45,329 nucleotides of DNA from a virus (taxonomy: Duplodnaviria; Heunggongvirae; Uroviricota; Caudoviricetes): positions 1 to 45,329 of the IMG/VR virus record IMGVR_UViG_2541047734_000008. One strand, given 5' to 3'. How positions within the stretch are numbered: position 1 is the stretch's first letter; every line of letters starts with the position of its first letter. The position numbers and the translations under genes are program-made. The notes below the pieces were generated by a model, which had not been told where the DNA came from, ran no database searches, and saw nothing but the letters and a program-made list of their open reading frames with translations. Below are positions 19,916 to 29,076 of this stretch, piece by piece.

Positions 19916-21122
19916 CTTTTTCACCTTTAATTTCCACCGTCTGCTTCCATGCCTGGCTGAATTCGTCGCCACCTTCGCGCGGCGGCATCCCCTCACGTTC
20001 GCGGGCTTCGTTCGGATTCATGATCCCGTTCTTAATCCCTTTCTCATACGTGGCGTAACGCTCGGTAGGGGTGGCGCGCAGTAAATCGGCTGAATCAAAC
20101 TCAACCAGATAACGGGTACCAGGTACGGGAGAAGCCACCAGCAAAGCGGCCTTGATTTGCTGTTCGAAGTTCGCCAGCCACGGACGCATTGTCATAGTCA
20201 GAAACGCGCGGCTTGCCTCACTGAAATTGCTGTAGGTGCTGTTGCTGTATTCCTGAAGAAAAATCGGCGACACGTTGAACATACGGGCAATGTCTTCAAT
20301 GGAGAAGCGACGGGAGGCCAGCCATTCCGCATCCTGGTTACTCATCCCCAGTTGCCTGTAATCCATGCCCCCTTCAAGGATTGGCGTTTTTCCGGCATTT
20401 TTCGCCCCCTTATAGCGTTCCAGAGCATCTAATGCCTGTTTACCTTTCACGCCGTCCAGCCATTCGCCTGACGTGATAATCCCTGCCGCCATCATGCCAT
20501 CTTTCATAATGCTGGCTCCGTGGCGCTGTTGAGCAAGGCCAAGCCCCAGCGCCTCACGGCAAATCGTGACAGGGGAGCGCCCCAGAAAGCCATCATCCGA
20601 GGCATAGCGGAGATGCAGAACTTCTTCCTGTAAATACGTGCGTACCGTTCCTGTATAGGGTTCGGTGATGGTATAGCGGTATTTGTGTGCGCCTGTGCGT
20701 TCCGGTACAACACACCCCGGCGCATAAGGATGAAGTGATTTTGGCTGACCGTCCCGCCCCCACTCAATAACCGCATAGGCGTTACCGTTCAGCAGGCAGT
20801 GACGCATCATTGTGCGTTTAAACTGGTAAGGTGTCTGGCACGAATTAGGCTGCTCATTCAGCAGAATATCGACCGGGTGACTGTCCAGCCATTCCCGCGC
20901 CTCCCTGCCCTTGTCATTGCGTACCAGATACAGATAACACGGCATCGTGGCCACCGCCTCAGCGATGACAGAAACCGCGTTCATCACAGCAGGCAATGAT
21001 TCAGCCGTCCCGGCAGAAACATATTCTCCGGATCCGGTATTCGGTACGCCGGACAGCGCCAGAAAATCATCAATGGACAGGTTACGCAGATCGCTTTTTT
21101 TACGACTAAAAGGCCACCACAT
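19908..21122 (-). CDS. Island portal protein
   Basis: About 405 aa from MWWPFSRKKSD..; HK97-type portal, homologous in places to the prophage portal (..RPMILEMGLDW.. versus ..TPILEGGMDY..). Confidence 0.85.
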   Translation of the reverse strand: MWWPFSRKKSDLRNLSIDDFLALSGVPNTGSGEYVSAGTAESLPAVMNAVSVIAEAVATMPCYLYLVRNDKGREAREWLDSHPVDILLNEQPNSCQTPYQFKRTMMRHCLLNGNAYAVIEWGRDGQPKSLHPYAPGCVVPERTGAHKYRYTITEPYTGTVRTYLQEEVLHLRYASDDGFLGRSPVTICREALGLGLAQQRHGASIMKDGMMAAGIITSGEWLDGVKGKQALDALERYKGAKNAGKTPILEGGMDYRQLGMSNQDAEWLASRRFSIEDIARMFNVSPIFLQEYSNSTYSNFSEASRAFLTMTMRPWLANFEQQIKAALLVASPVPGTRYLVEFDSADLLRATPTERYATYEKGIKNGIMNPNEAREREGMPPREGGDEFSQAWKQTVEIKGEKDE

Positions 21123-21123
21123 A

Positions 21124-21684
21124 TCACAACCCCGCCAGTTCAGCCCAGCGATGACGATTATTTCCTGTCGGGCGTAATTCAGGGTGCTGTGCAAACAACG
21201 AACGGTGGGCAATCTCCACGCCGGATTCGGGATAAGCAGGCATCGACGTTATCGTGATTTCACGGAGTTCTGCGGCGGTAACAGTGCGCAGATACGGTTT
21301 TTGCGCGATATTCCACTCTTCGCATAATGCGCGAAAGCCAAAGCTCATTCCTGTAATGTCGCCACGCTCCACCAGCGTAAGCACATCTTTTCCAAGCTGG
21401 GTATCAGGCGGTGTCAGTTCAAAACGTAGCCCGGTGTTGTCCTCAGTCAGTACCAGTGTTCCGGATTTGGTGCGCCCCAGCAGTCGGGTATAGTCATGCT
21501 CATACAGGCAGCGCACATCATTACCCGCCGCCAGATAGTCAGCAAAAGCCCCCGGCGTGAACTGTTCGCGGAATTCGTCCCAGATAATTTCTGAAAGGCT
21601 GTTCCAGCGAACGGCATAACCCACCAGTTTTTTATCGCTGGCGGTCAGTTCAGATGTACGGATTTCAAAATCGGTATTTTGCAT
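21124..21684 (-). CDS. Island prohead protease
   Basis: Start at MQNTDFEIRTSEL.. (Met 73 of track ORF), ..KKLVGYAVRWNSLSE.. Confidence 0.8.
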   Translation of the reverse strand: MQNTDFEIRTSELTASDKKLVGYAVRWNSLSEIIWDEFREQFTPGAFADYLAAGNDVRCLYEHDYTRLLGRTKSGTLVLTEDNTGLRFELTPPDTQLGKDVLTLVERGDITGMSFGFRALCEEWNIAQKPYLRTVTAAELREITITSMPAYPESGVEIAHRSLFAQHPELRPTGNNRHRWAELAGL

Positions 21685-21733
21685 CGGTGTACTCCATAAA
21701 GCTGAAAAAGGAGGCCGAAGCCCCCTTTGCTCA

Positions 21734-22879
21734 TTACTTGCCAGCCTGAATTTCCAGAATCTTGATGGCGTTCGAATCCACCACACCACCGCCCAGATAT
21801 TTCTGGGTATAGATGTTAATGAATCCAGGTTCGCTGAAATCCGGACGGGTACGCGTACCGGTTTCATGGTCAACGATGAAATAACCGCGCTTAAAGTCAC
21901 CTACTGCAATCACACCGTCCGGCATAAATTCCAGATATTCAACCGGAAGCCCCAGCAGAGAATCAGGATCACCAGCCTGTAAACGATCGCGCCAGATGTA
22001 ATCACCAGTGGCATTTTTCAGTTTTTGTGCGGAGGCGGCTGTATTTGAGTTCATCACCCATACAGCTTTTTTGCGGTACTTATTGCGCAGCGTAAATTTC
22101 AGGTCAATCAGCATGTCGGCGCTGAGACTGCCAGTAACTTTTTTCGTCTGGAGCGTACCGAAAGGACGGGTTTTGTCGTTATCCGCAGTGCGCGGAAAAG
22201 CCAGGAAACCTTTAGCTTTTTTCTCGCCATCACCGGAAACCAGATCCGTTTCTTCGGTATCAACGAAAGTGTCGCCAATTTCAGAAGATAACCAGCTCAT
22301 AATATCGACTTCGGAAAAATCGATAATTTCCTGAGTGGTTTTTGGGTAAGCGTAGATCGGATACAGGCGGATACTGACTTCATTCAGTTTTGGGGTTGCC
22401 GTCTGGTTACGTGTAGTGCCTTCTTCACCGTGTTCAACGACCGCGCCCCCGGCAGAAACCAGTTGCTTAAATTCATTGCTGTGAATGGTTTTAACAGTAC
22501 AGATTTTACGCATCACCGATTCATCAGAAAGCTGACGCATAATTTCTCTGTTCAGTTCCGGGATAACCGTATAACCACCATCAGCCGGGACACTGCCGGA
22601 CAGGTTGCGGGTTTCCCCGGTCAGAATGTAAGAGCGCAGTTCGTCTTTGGTTATTTTCTCTTCGACGGAAACACCAGGCTGGTTACGTTCTTCATCAGCC
22701 ACAGATTCGAGGCGGGAAATTTCTGTGTCGAGGGAATCGGCTTTTGCACGCAGTTCATCAAACTGTTTGCCCTCGTCATCGTTCAGGCTGCGGTTTTCAC
22801 TGTCGGCTTTTTCCAGCAGGGATCGCATCTGGTTTTTCAGGGCGGTTTTTTGCTGGCGGAGTTCGATTAATTTCTTCAT
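21734..22879 (-). CDS. Island major capsid protein (HK97 family)
   Basis: 381 aa; coiled-coil delta domain then ..KGFLAFPRTADNDKTRPFGTLQ..GYFIVDHETGTR..; parallels the prophage capsid. Confidence 0.9.
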   Translation of the reverse strand: MKKLIELRQQKTALKNQMRSLLEKADSENRSLNDDEGKQFDELRAKADSLDTEISRLESVADEERNQPGVSVEEKITKDELRSYILTGETRNLSGSVPADGGYTVIPELNREIMRQLSDESVMRKICTVKTIHSNEFKQLVSAGGAVVEHGEEGTTRNQTATPKLNEVSIRLYPIYAYPKTTQEIIDFSEVDIMSWLSSEIGDTFVDTEETDLVSGDGEKKAKGFLAFPRTADNDKTRPFGTLQTKKVTGSLSADMLIDLKFTLRNKYRKKAVWVMNSNTAASAQKLKNATGDYIWRDRLQAGDPDSLLGLPVEYLEFMPDGVIAVGDFKRGYFIVDHETGTRTRPDFSEPGFINIYTQKYLGGGVVDSNAIKILEIQAGK

Positions 22880-23152
22880 GAAGGTTTTCTCGTATTGGTT
22901 AAGATTCAGGACGTGAAACCAACACGGAGGGAGCGCCGCCCGACACTCTCGGCATCTCGCAGATCAACCCGGCATCGCGCAGGGGTCAGGCGGCATTGTG
23001 GCGGCTCACGTCTGAGTGCCACACGCCAACATATACATAAAAATCAGTATGTAAACATCAGCCAGAATCACCGAACAACCTGGAACAACCACGAACAAAT
23101 AATTTACAAAACCTGAAAAAAAGACCCGGGAAAAATCCGGGCCTTTATCGCT

Positions 23153-23401
23153 TTATTGTTTCACTGGATCCCGCATTCTGCGTCTTATTTTCCACAGATA
23201 TTCGATCATCGCTTCCACCTGCTCACGGTTGGTTGCGAAAATTTCCCCGGTCAGTGAGCTACGCAGAAAATCATGATGATCCACAACAAACAACGCATCG
23301 GAAGAAAGCAGACGGCGATATTTTTTTGCTGTCGTGGTTTCCAGATCATCAAAACCATGAAACTTTTTATGTTGCTGGACTTCTTCAAATGTCACTGGCA
23401 T
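23153..23401 (-). CDS. Island hypothetical protein
   Basis: 82 aa ORF in operon orientation. Confidence 0.4.
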   Translation of the reverse strand: MPVTFEEVQQHKKFHGFDDLETTTAKKYRRLLSSDALFVVDHHDFLRSSLTGEIFATNREQVEAMIEYLWKIRRRMRDPVKQ

Positions 23402-23934
23402 GTATCCCCCTTTGCTGCCCGGCGCTGGCGCTTGTGCTTCTCATTCAGCGCCATCAGCCGCGTTTCTGCCTCCTGCTGTTCCTGTGGTGTCACTTCCCCA
23501 CATGGCTGGCCTTTCAGGTCGTAGCGTACCCCACCAGCAACCAGGGCGCGGTAATAGCGCGGAGACTGCGCATAAGATGCCAGCGTCGCACGTAATGCCC
23601 CCGGCCCGAATGCCAGCCCCCTGACGGCGAGATCCTGCATCAGGTCGTCGAATATTCCCACCTTAAGCGGCTTCGGTGCTTCCCTGTTGAATAAGTCAGG
23701 CCACATCTCAGTGAGGCGGTTAACGCGCCTGCGGTTTTTGCGCTGGCGTTTGGTCATATGCCGCCACGGTGTCACCCCTGTGGGCTGCCCTTTGCGGCTC
23801 TGCTGTGCGTTCTGATTGCCGGGTATCACTTTATGCGCCGATGTGGTTTTATCCCGCTCTTGCGCCGCCTGCGTCGTTTTCTGCGGCGTGCCGTAAATGC
23901 CTTTCGGTTTTCGGTTAATGGTCAGCTTTGTCAT
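23392..23934 (-). CDS. ProQ/FinO-domain RNA-binding protein (island)
   Basis: 180 aa, basic N-terminus, ..LTEMWPDLFNREAPKPLKVGIFDDLMQDL...RATLASYAQSPRYYRALVAGGVRYDLKGQP.. resembles the FinO/ProQ fold signature. Confidence 0.6.
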   Translation of the reverse strand: MTKLTINRKPKGIYGTPQKTTQAAQERDKTTSAHKVIPGNQNAQQSRKGQPTGVTPWRHMTKRQRKNRRRVNRLTEMWPDLFNREAPKPLKVGIFDDLMQDLAVRGLAFGPGALRATLASYAQSPRYYRALVAGGVRYDLKGQPCGEVTPQEQQEAETRLMALNEKHKRQRRAAKGDTCQ

Positions 23935-23970
23935 GCCTTCCCCTGTAATTACTCTGTTCGCTGTTGTGAA

Positions 23971-24396
23971 TTAAAACGGTATGTTATCCCCGTACAGGTC
24001 ATCGTGCTGGCCTGTCTGTTGTTTTGCCCTGTTCAGTGCGTCAGTAGCTTGGCTCTGCTGGCCTTTTTTGCCGCCCGGTCGCGCCGTTCGCGCACTGATT
24101 ACGCTGTCTGCGATGACCTGCCAGCCCTGCCGCGTTTCGCCGTTCTGGCCTGTCCACTGGCTCACCTGCATGTTACCCGCCACGCTCACCAGTTCGCCTT
24201 TGTGGTGCTTTGCCAGTGCGTCGGCCTGTCTGCCAAACGCCAGGACGGATAACCACATCGTCGCCGTTCCGTCATCTGCCTGGCTGCACGGCAGGGGAAC
24301 CGCCATACTCGCCATCGCCATTTGTGTCCCCTTGCTGGTGGTCTTTAACTGCGGGTCAGCCACCAGCCGCCCGTAAGCCGCTATCTGTGCTGTCAT
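23971..24396 (-). CDS. Single-stranded DNA-binding protein (island)
   Basis: 141 aa OB-fold-like with acidic C-terminal tail ..DDLYGDNIPF. Confidence 0.75.
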   Translation of the reverse strand: MTAQIAAYGRLVADPQLKTTSKGTQMAMASMAVPLPCSQADDGTATMWLSVLAFGRQADALAKHHKGELVSVAGNMQVSQWTGQNGETRQGWQVIADSVISARTARPGGKKGQQSQATDALNRAKQQTGQHDDLYGDNIPF

Positions 24397-24644
24397 GCTG
24401 TCTGCTCTCCGGTTTTAACGTTGATGGTTGTCACCTGTTCCGCTTCGGCAATCTCCCGCTCTGTCAGCGTGGCAAAATTTGCCGCCGCCGTGGTCATGAA
24501 TGCGCTTATCAGTTCGGGATGTGCTTTCGCGTATCCTTCTCCGGCATGGCGGTCTATTGTTCTGATTGCCACCTTTAAGGCATGCTCTGTCATGTCTAAT
24601 GCGCGATATTTTGGCGCTGTCTTATCTCTGGTTTTTCTGGTCAT
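24393..24644 (-). CDS. Island hypothetical protein
   Basis: 83 aa; overlaps ssb start. Confidence 0.4.
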   Translation of the reverse strand: MTRKTRDKTAPKYRALDMTEHALKVAIRTIDRHAGEGYAKAHPELISAFMTTAAANFATLTEREIAEAEQVTTINVKTGEQTA

Positions 24645-24648
24645 TCCT

Positions 24649-24848
24649 CACTGCTCCCCACTTTTACTACCCACTTTTTGAAATTACCCAACGTCTCCCC
24701 ACTTCTTTTTTTTGTGATTCTAACGTGATGTTTTTCAATGTATTTTTTATTCCCCACTTTTTGGGGTATATACAGGTGGGAAAGTGGGGAATCGCGTTTC
24801 AATTTTGTTAAATTCCCCACACTCCCCACTTTTACTACCCACTTTTTA
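24649..24848. repeat. Iteron cluster / candidate island replication origin next to rep
   Basis: TCCCCACTTTTACTACCCACTTTTT at 24649 and again at 24822; additional CCCCACTT copies in both orientations; AT-rich centre. Confidence 0.7.
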
Positions 24849-26261
24849 CAGTGGGCGCACGTCATCACCGTCAATAGCAATAACGCCATCACCTTCCAGC
24901 TTGTACAGCCAGCGCCGGAAGTGTTTCATCTCATACCCCAGCTTTTTCATATCATCGCGCAACAACGGAATTGTGCATTTATCGCCGCGCTGTGTGCGTG
25001 AACGGATACAGCCCCATAGCGCGGCATGATTCTCCGTCTTGTTCCCGGCTTCCTCGATGCGCTCCAGTTCAACAGGTGGGCGCGGCTTATCCACAACCAC
25101 CAGCGACGTGATTAACTCCCCGTCAGTGTCGGTAAAAAGCTCTACCACGCGTAAATCATATGCAGCCTCTTTCAGTTCCTCCGCGTCCTTCATTTTGGTA
25201 CAGGAGATAACCAGGGCTTCACTGTCCGCACCTTCACGGCGAATACGGTATTCAGCGTCCAGAGATGCACGGAATGCACTGGAACCACGCGCTCCCTTTG
25301 TTTCATCCTTGCCGGAATGGTGAACCACCAGCACCGTGGCCCCTGTGCGTCGTTTCAGTTCGTCACATCCACGGATAAACGCCCCCATATCCCGCGCGTC
25401 ATTTTCATCATTACCGCCAAAACACCGCGCCAGCGTATCCAGAATAATCATGCGTACCGGTTTACCCGTTTCCCTTTCAACCTGGCGGGAAGCGATGACC
25501 ATTTCATCGACATCAAGCGGGACTGCCGGAAAAATCGGGCGGTTTACCAGGTACAGATTTTCCACCCGTTTATCATTAACGATTTCCCATGCCTTGATAC
25601 GGCGGGGGACACCAATGCCACCTTCACCGACAACATACATCACCGAACCATGCGCCACCCTGCGGCCTCCCCAGTGGCGACCCGTGGCAACATGACACGC
25701 CCAGGAACACGCGAGGAACGATTTATAGGAACCGCTCGCGCCGTATGTGCTGCACAATGAATTAGCCGGAATCACGCCCTTAACGACATAATCAAGCTGT
25801 GTGTCGTATCCTGCAGATCCAATACTCATTGGTAGCGTGGTTTTTCGCTGGCTGTATTGCTCGTCAGTAAGTATTTCCCCGCGCTCTGCCTGTTCGCGGA
25901 TCCGTTGCAGGTAGTCGTGCCAGTTCTCCAGCTTCTGGTTGTGCATTCCCTCAGGGTAATAATTCGCATCCCGTACACCTGCCGCCGCCAGCTTTTGCCC
26001 GATAGCATTAATATTTGACGGCTTGATGTGGCCTGCCTTGTACAGCCGGACACAATAGCGACCATCGTCGATAATTTTCAGGTCTGCCAGTTCGTCAAGC
26101 TGGCTGTCTCCAAGCCATACAGGCGGAACATTGTCGCCAGCAAGTCGCCCGTCCTGCTCCTGCCATTGTTTCGCGTGCGCCCAGGCATCACTACCCGCAA
26201 AAATAATGACTTCGGTCATTTTGTCGTGCGGCTGTTTTTTTAAGTTCGGTGCCAGTTTCAT
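24846..26261 (-). CDS. Island replication initiator: primase/helicase-type Rep (RecA-like AAA ATPase)
   Basis: 471 aa; Walker A-like GASGSYKSF, Walker B MIILDTL; sits beside iterons as PICI pri-rep genes do. Confidence 0.7.
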   Translation of the reverse strand: MKLAPNLKKQPHDKMTEVIIFAGSDAWAHAKQWQEQDGRLAGDNVPPVWLGDSQLDELADLKIIDDGRYCVRLYKAGHIKPSNINAIGQKLAAAGVRDANYYPEGMHNQKLENWHDYLQRIREQAERGEILTDEQYSQRKTTLPMSIGSAGYDTQLDYVVKGVIPANSLCSTYGASGSYKSFLACSWACHVATGRHWGGRRVAHGSVMYVVGEGGIGVPRRIKAWEIVNDKRVENLYLVNRPIFPAVPLDVDEMVIASRQVERETGKPVRMIILDTLARCFGGNDENDARDMGAFIRGCDELKRRTGATVLVVHHSGKDETKGARGSSAFRASLDAEYRIRREGADSEALVISCTKMKDAEELKEAAYDLRVVELFTDTDGELITSLVVVDKPRPPVELERIEEAGNKTENHAALWGCIRSRTQRGDKCTIPLLRDDMKKLGYEMKHFRRWLYKLEGDGVIAIDGDDVRPL

Positions 26262-26557
26262 TTTTTCCCCCTGAATCCGTTAAGCATTTTTCTTATGGCC
26301 TGAATATTTGCCCGTGCCTTCTCTTTGCTGGTGGGCTGATTGCGCGGCGCGGTCTGTACCAGGGAAAAATCACGCCGGAACTGATAAACAGGCATCACAC
26401 AGTCATAGCCGTACCCATCACGGCGGTAAATAACGCACCGTCCCGCCACGCTTTTAATCGTTACCGTGCCGCCATAGTTATCCCGGAAAATATCGCCGGG
26501 GCGGATTTCAGGCCGAACGGAGCCGCTGGCAGTAAAGCCAGAATTTTTCTGTTTCAT
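26258..26557 (-). CDS. Island hypothetical protein
   Basis: 99 aa ORF, operon context. Confidence 0.4.
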   Translation of the reverse strand: MKQKNSGFTASGSVRPEIRPGDIFRDNYGGTVTIKSVAGRCVIYRRDGYGYDCVMPVYQFRRDFSLVQTAPRNQPTSKEKARANIQAIRKMLNGFRGKK

Positions 26558-26562
26558 GGTTT

Positions 26563-26772
26563 TTATTCCTCTGCGCGGGCCTTGTTGTGTATTTCCATAA
26601 CCGCGTTTAATTCATCAATAACCGGGGTTAACAGAGTGCTGAAAGCAGAAAATAAATCCCCCCCCTGTTCGGCATGAACTTCGGTTAATTTAATTAATAC
26701 TGCTTTCATTTCCAGTGCCCGGTTTAATGCATTCTCAGAATGAATAAGAACATCGAAAGGGATTTTATCCAT
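26563..26772 (-). CDS. Island hypothetical protein
   Basis: 69 aa ORF. Confidence 0.35.
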   Translation of the reverse strand: MDKIPFDVLIHSENALNRALEMKAVLIKLTEVHAEQGGDLFSAFSTLLTPVIDELNAVMEIHNKARAEE

Positions 26773-27025
26773 GGCTTACATCCTCCGTGAATTTTCTTCT
26801 GTACCGTGCCTCTGCCACATATTCCGCATAGTCCGACGCAATATTGAGAATATCGCTACCCGTTCCTGAATGTTCGGCGGTTTCCAGTAAAAAACTTGCA
26901 GCTTTTACCATGTCAGCAACACATAACAGCGCAATATCTGTATCTTCCGGTGCGCCATCAAATTCCTGTTTCAGGGCATTAAAACGATCATCACGCATAA
27001 CCCCCCCCATTTTCACAATCAGCAA
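26765..27025 (-). CDS. Island hypothetical protein
   Basis: 86 aa ORF. Confidence 0.35.
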   Translation of the reverse strand: MLIVKMGGVMRDDRFNALKQEFDGAPEDTDIALLCVADMVKAASFLLETAEHSGTGSDILNIASDYAEYVAEARYRRKFTEDVSHG

Positions 27026-27230
27026 TTAGGATGGCTTTAGCCTCATTCAGTGCCATATCAGCGGTAAGCTGTGCGTAGGCCAGCGAATGGGGGATTATTT
27101 CCCCTGTATATTCCGTCTCTCTGGTAATGTGTTTTTCTGCGGTTGCTGCCGTGCATGAAATATCAATCAGCGCGTGCATCAGCGTTTTGATGGCTTCGGC
27201 GGCTGCGTCCGGACGGGTGTTATTGCACAT
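26991..27230 (-). CDS. Island hypothetical protein
   Basis: 79 aa ORF. Confidence 0.35.
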   Translation of the reverse strand: MCNNTRPDAAAEAIKTLMHALIDISCTAATAEKHITRETEYTGEIIPHSLAYAQLTADMALNEAKAILIADCENGGGYA

Positions 27231-27426
27231 GGCGCACCCCCTGACGAATACGGGCGGCGAATACCATCACACAGCCAGCCGGGGATTGCTGGCGTGCTTC
27301 CTGTTCGCTGGTGGCCTCAATGGTAATCACGCGCGGTTGTGCCGTGCTCAGGGCGATAAAACGCCAGATATATTTATTCAGGTTGTGCGAGTCCCGCCCT
27401 TGCGGGTGTGTGGTATGATTTCTCAT
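27220..27426 (-). CDS. Island small protein, first gene of leftward operon
   Basis: 68 aa from MRNHTTHPQGRDSHNLNKYIWRFIALSTAQP..; GAGG RBS; the track's 358 aa extension upstream is not protein-like. Confidence 0.45.
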   Translation of the reverse strand: MRNHTTHPQGRDSHNLNKYIWRFIALSTAQPRVITIEATSEQEARQQSPAGCVMVFAARIRQGVRHVQ

Positions 27427-27502
27427 AGCTACCTCGATACTCTTGCTATCGTTGGTGGTTAGACGCCCTGCATGTGTTGCGAGCACTGCGGGGCGTTGCT
27501 TA

Positions 27503-27603
27503 ATTTGAGTGACAAAACTCAAACTGTGCGCACAGATTAAAATCATGTGTGCGCACATGTCAATACTTAACATCTCATTTTTTTTGCTGTATTGTGTGCG
27601 CCC
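27503..27603. promoter_or_regulatory. Divergent regulatory region with palindromic operators TGTGCGCACA
   Basis: TGTGCGCACA at 27525..27534 and 27549..27558 (within CATGTGTGCGCACATG), half-site GTGTGCGC at about 27593; lies between divergent gene starts 27426 and 27632. Confidence 0.55.
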
Positions 27604-27631
27604 ATAAAGTCCATTTAAGTGAGGTGCATCA

Positions 27632-27829
27632 ATGTCTAGCGGTAACACAAACAACAAATCAGCAAAGAAAAATATTCGATTCCCACATGAGCTTATAGAT
27701 GGGATTGATGCCAGCGTTGAACAAGAAAAATTAACTAATCCTAGTGCTAATTTTTCCGCATGGGTCTTAGATGCCTGTGGACGCAAATTAAAATATGAAC
27801 AGCGCCGGAAGGCCAAAGAATCAGAATAA
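27632..27829 (+). CDS. Small ribbon-helix-helix (Arc/MetJ-like) DNA-binding protein, candidate island regulator
   Basis: 65 aa; ..KKNIRFPHELIDGIDASVE..NFSAWVLDACGRKL.. beta-strand plus two helices pattern. Confidence 0.5.
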   Translation: MSSGNTNNKSAKKNIRFPHELIDGIDASVEQEKLTNPSANFSAWVLDACGRKLKYEQRRKAKESE

Positions 27830-27871
27830 TCACTATCAGCGCCGTGGTGTGAGTAACTACGGCGCATTGCT

Positions 27872-28060
27872 ATGCAGGACAACACAATGACCGATAAAGA
27901 ATTGACCAAAACATTATCACCGACACGGAAAAGACGGCGCAGAAAGATAGAGCATGAATCAGAAAGATTCGCACCTTGTTCGTTTGCTCTTGAGAAATTC
28001 CTTAAAGAGCGCAGGAAAAAGCTCTCGTTGCAAACCCTGGAACGAACCAAATCTGACTGA
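27872..28060 (+). CDS. Island hypothetical basic protein
   Basis: 62 aa ORF downstream of the RHH gene. Confidence 0.35.
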   Translation: MQDNTMTDKELTKTLSPTRKRRRRKIEHESERFAPCSFALEKFLKERRKKLSLQTLERTKSD

Positions 28061-28126
28061 TCACATTGCCCACCAGCCGCAAATGTGGCATTGTTGGTGA
28101 TGCTTTTGTTTTCCCTTGTTCCCACT

Positions 28127-28155
28127 GGCGACCCTTTTGCGGTCGCCTTTGTTTT
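28127..28155 (+). terminator. Intrinsic terminator
   Basis: GGCGACC-CTTTTGC-GGTCGCC followed by TTTGTTTT. Confidence 0.6.
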
Positions 28156-28251
28156 GCCTGTTATCCGGCAATAGTGGCGCTTCGTCACCTGTCTGATATA
28201 ATTCCACAGCTTATATTCATTTTTTGCGCAGTAGGTTAATTGTTCGCAAGG

Positions 28252-28282
28252 GCGCTCCGGCAACGGGGCGCTTTTTGTTTTT
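28252..28282 (+). terminator. Intrinsic terminator (GNRA-loop hairpin)
   Basis: GCGCTCCG-GCAA-CGGGGCGC followed by TTTTTGTTTTT. Confidence 0.6.
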
Positions 28283-28440
28283 ACCCACCAGCACAATAAA
28301 AATCTTCATTTTCCATTTTTGTAAAATTTCATGCTTTCCGGACGACTGGTCATATGTCATTTTTTAGCAGAAGATTTTGCCTTGCTGGTGGGTAGCTTCC
28401 CGGTCAACACGATGTACCGTATAATCAACACCGCGTGTGG

Positions 28441-29019
28441 TTACTGAATACGCTCACCAAAGTAAAACTCAGGCTGGTATTCACGTATCAGCCTTTTTTC
28501 TTCTTCCTCCAGCTCACGCTTTTTGCGCTTACATGCCTGTAGCTCCCTCCCCTTCTCACTGGCACTTATCTGGTATTGCTCTTTGCGGCGGGAAAAATCC
28601 TGTAATGCGCCCCACGGGATACCATAAGCCCCCGTTTTTCTGATACCCGGTATCACATTTCTGAATACCCAGTTACTGAAACGATGAGCAAATGTGCCAG
28701 GCGTCGTTGCTTTGCGGCTGCGGGCTATTAGTTTGTAGAAACCTGACTCGGAGATAATGCTCATATTCTGATTTCCTCCGGGGGTGTAAGTTAAATTTAC
28801 TCCCTTTTCGTCATCATCAAGCATCTGCAACGCCGTACGCGAATTGGTCAGTTCCAGCGCAGCACAAACATCCTTTGCAACAAACCACGGATCGCCGTTT
28901 AGATACACCACACGAACATCCACGCCATCAAAGCGCAGAACGACCAGATCACGAATATCACAGAATTTTTTCACATGACGTGCGTCACCCTTGCCCGTCA
29001 CGGCAATATTTTTATTCAT
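28441..29019 (-). CDS. Bro-N domain protein (antirepressor-like)
   Basis: 192 aa; ..FDGVDVRVVYLNGDPWFVAKDVCAALEL.. Bro-N signature. Confidence 0.7.
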   Translation of the reverse strand: MNKNIAVTGKGDARHVKKFCDIRDLVVLRFDGVDVRVVYLNGDPWFVAKDVCAALELTNSRTALQMLDDDEKGVNLTYTPGGNQNMSIISESGFYKLIARSRKATTPGTFAHRFSNWVFRNVIPGIRKTGAYGIPWGALQDFSRRKEQYQISASEKGRELQACKRKKRELEEEEKRLIREYQPEFYFGERIQ

Positions 29020-29076
29020 TGCTTTTTACCTCACATACAAAAAACCCCGCATTGCGTGGTGCGGGGTTGTCGGTAA

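Noticed and set aside
27220-28296. 358 aa minus-strand ORF from the six-frame track
   Set aside because: Only the last ~68 codons (27220..27426) have an RBS and protein-like composition. The rest spans a divergent promoter/operator region and two plus-strand genes and reads as low-complexity chance frame.
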